This document shows positions 63,765 to 64,000 of a stretch of DNA of 64,000 nucleotides, piece by piece (positions within the stretch are counted from its first letter, which is position 1; each line of letters starts with the position of its first letter). Position numbers and translations under genes: made by a program. The notes beneath the pieces are model-generated. The model was not told where the DNA came from. It searched no databases and saw nothing but the letters and a program-made list of their open reading frames with translations. Origin of the DNA: Ginglymostoma cirratum. Taxonomy: Eukaryota. The DNA is taken from assembly GCA_024137785.1 (NCBI GenBank), contig JAHRHZ010000016.1, positions 36,043,543 through 36,107,542 on the forward strand, given 5' to 3'.

Positions 63765-64000
63765 CAATCACTGATGTCCTTCAGGGAAGGAAATCTGCCT
63801 TCCTCACCTGGTCTGGCCTGCATGTGACTCAAGACCCACAGCAATATGGTTGAATCTCAACAGCCCTTTGGAATGGCCTAGCAAGCCATTCAGTTGTACC
63901 AATCACAACAAAGTCTCAAAGAAATGAAACCAGACAGATCGACTGGCATCGAACTAGGCACTGGAAAAGACAGTGGCAGAAACAGCCCTGCCGACCCTGC
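63765..64000 (+). mobile_element. Deu-domain repeat (SacSINE1/L2-associated)
   Basis: gtccttcagggaaggaaatctgcc…ctggtctggcctgcatgtgactc…cagcaatatggttga. Confidence 0.7.

Overview
Vertebrate genomic DNA, almost certainly from a shark (HE1 V-SINE, SacSINE1/Deu-domain SINE, CR1/HER1-type LINE tails). The only host gene I can support is a C11orf87-like single-pass membrane protein ORF (1976-2266, +). The rest is a dense, nested accumulation of decayed retroelements: CR1 LINEs (including one full-length copy inserted inside another), L2 LINEs, a divergent CR1-group LINE, two Gypsy relics, a Gmr1-type LTR element with protease-integrase order, solo LTRs and SINEs. The most striking signal is a set of at least seven short (about 170-245 bp) fold-back insertions plus about nine single arms, belonging to several sequence families. 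Each fold-back is flanked by a 10-16 bp target-site duplication and, where the centre survives, carries a minimal type I hammerhead-ribozyme motif on each arm (CUGANGA-A-stem II-GAAAC-GUH) next to the hairpin centre. One family is nearly identical to the 3' end of a GIY-YIG Penelope-like element at 10496-11780. All calls were made by eye, so boundaries of degraded repeats are approximate.
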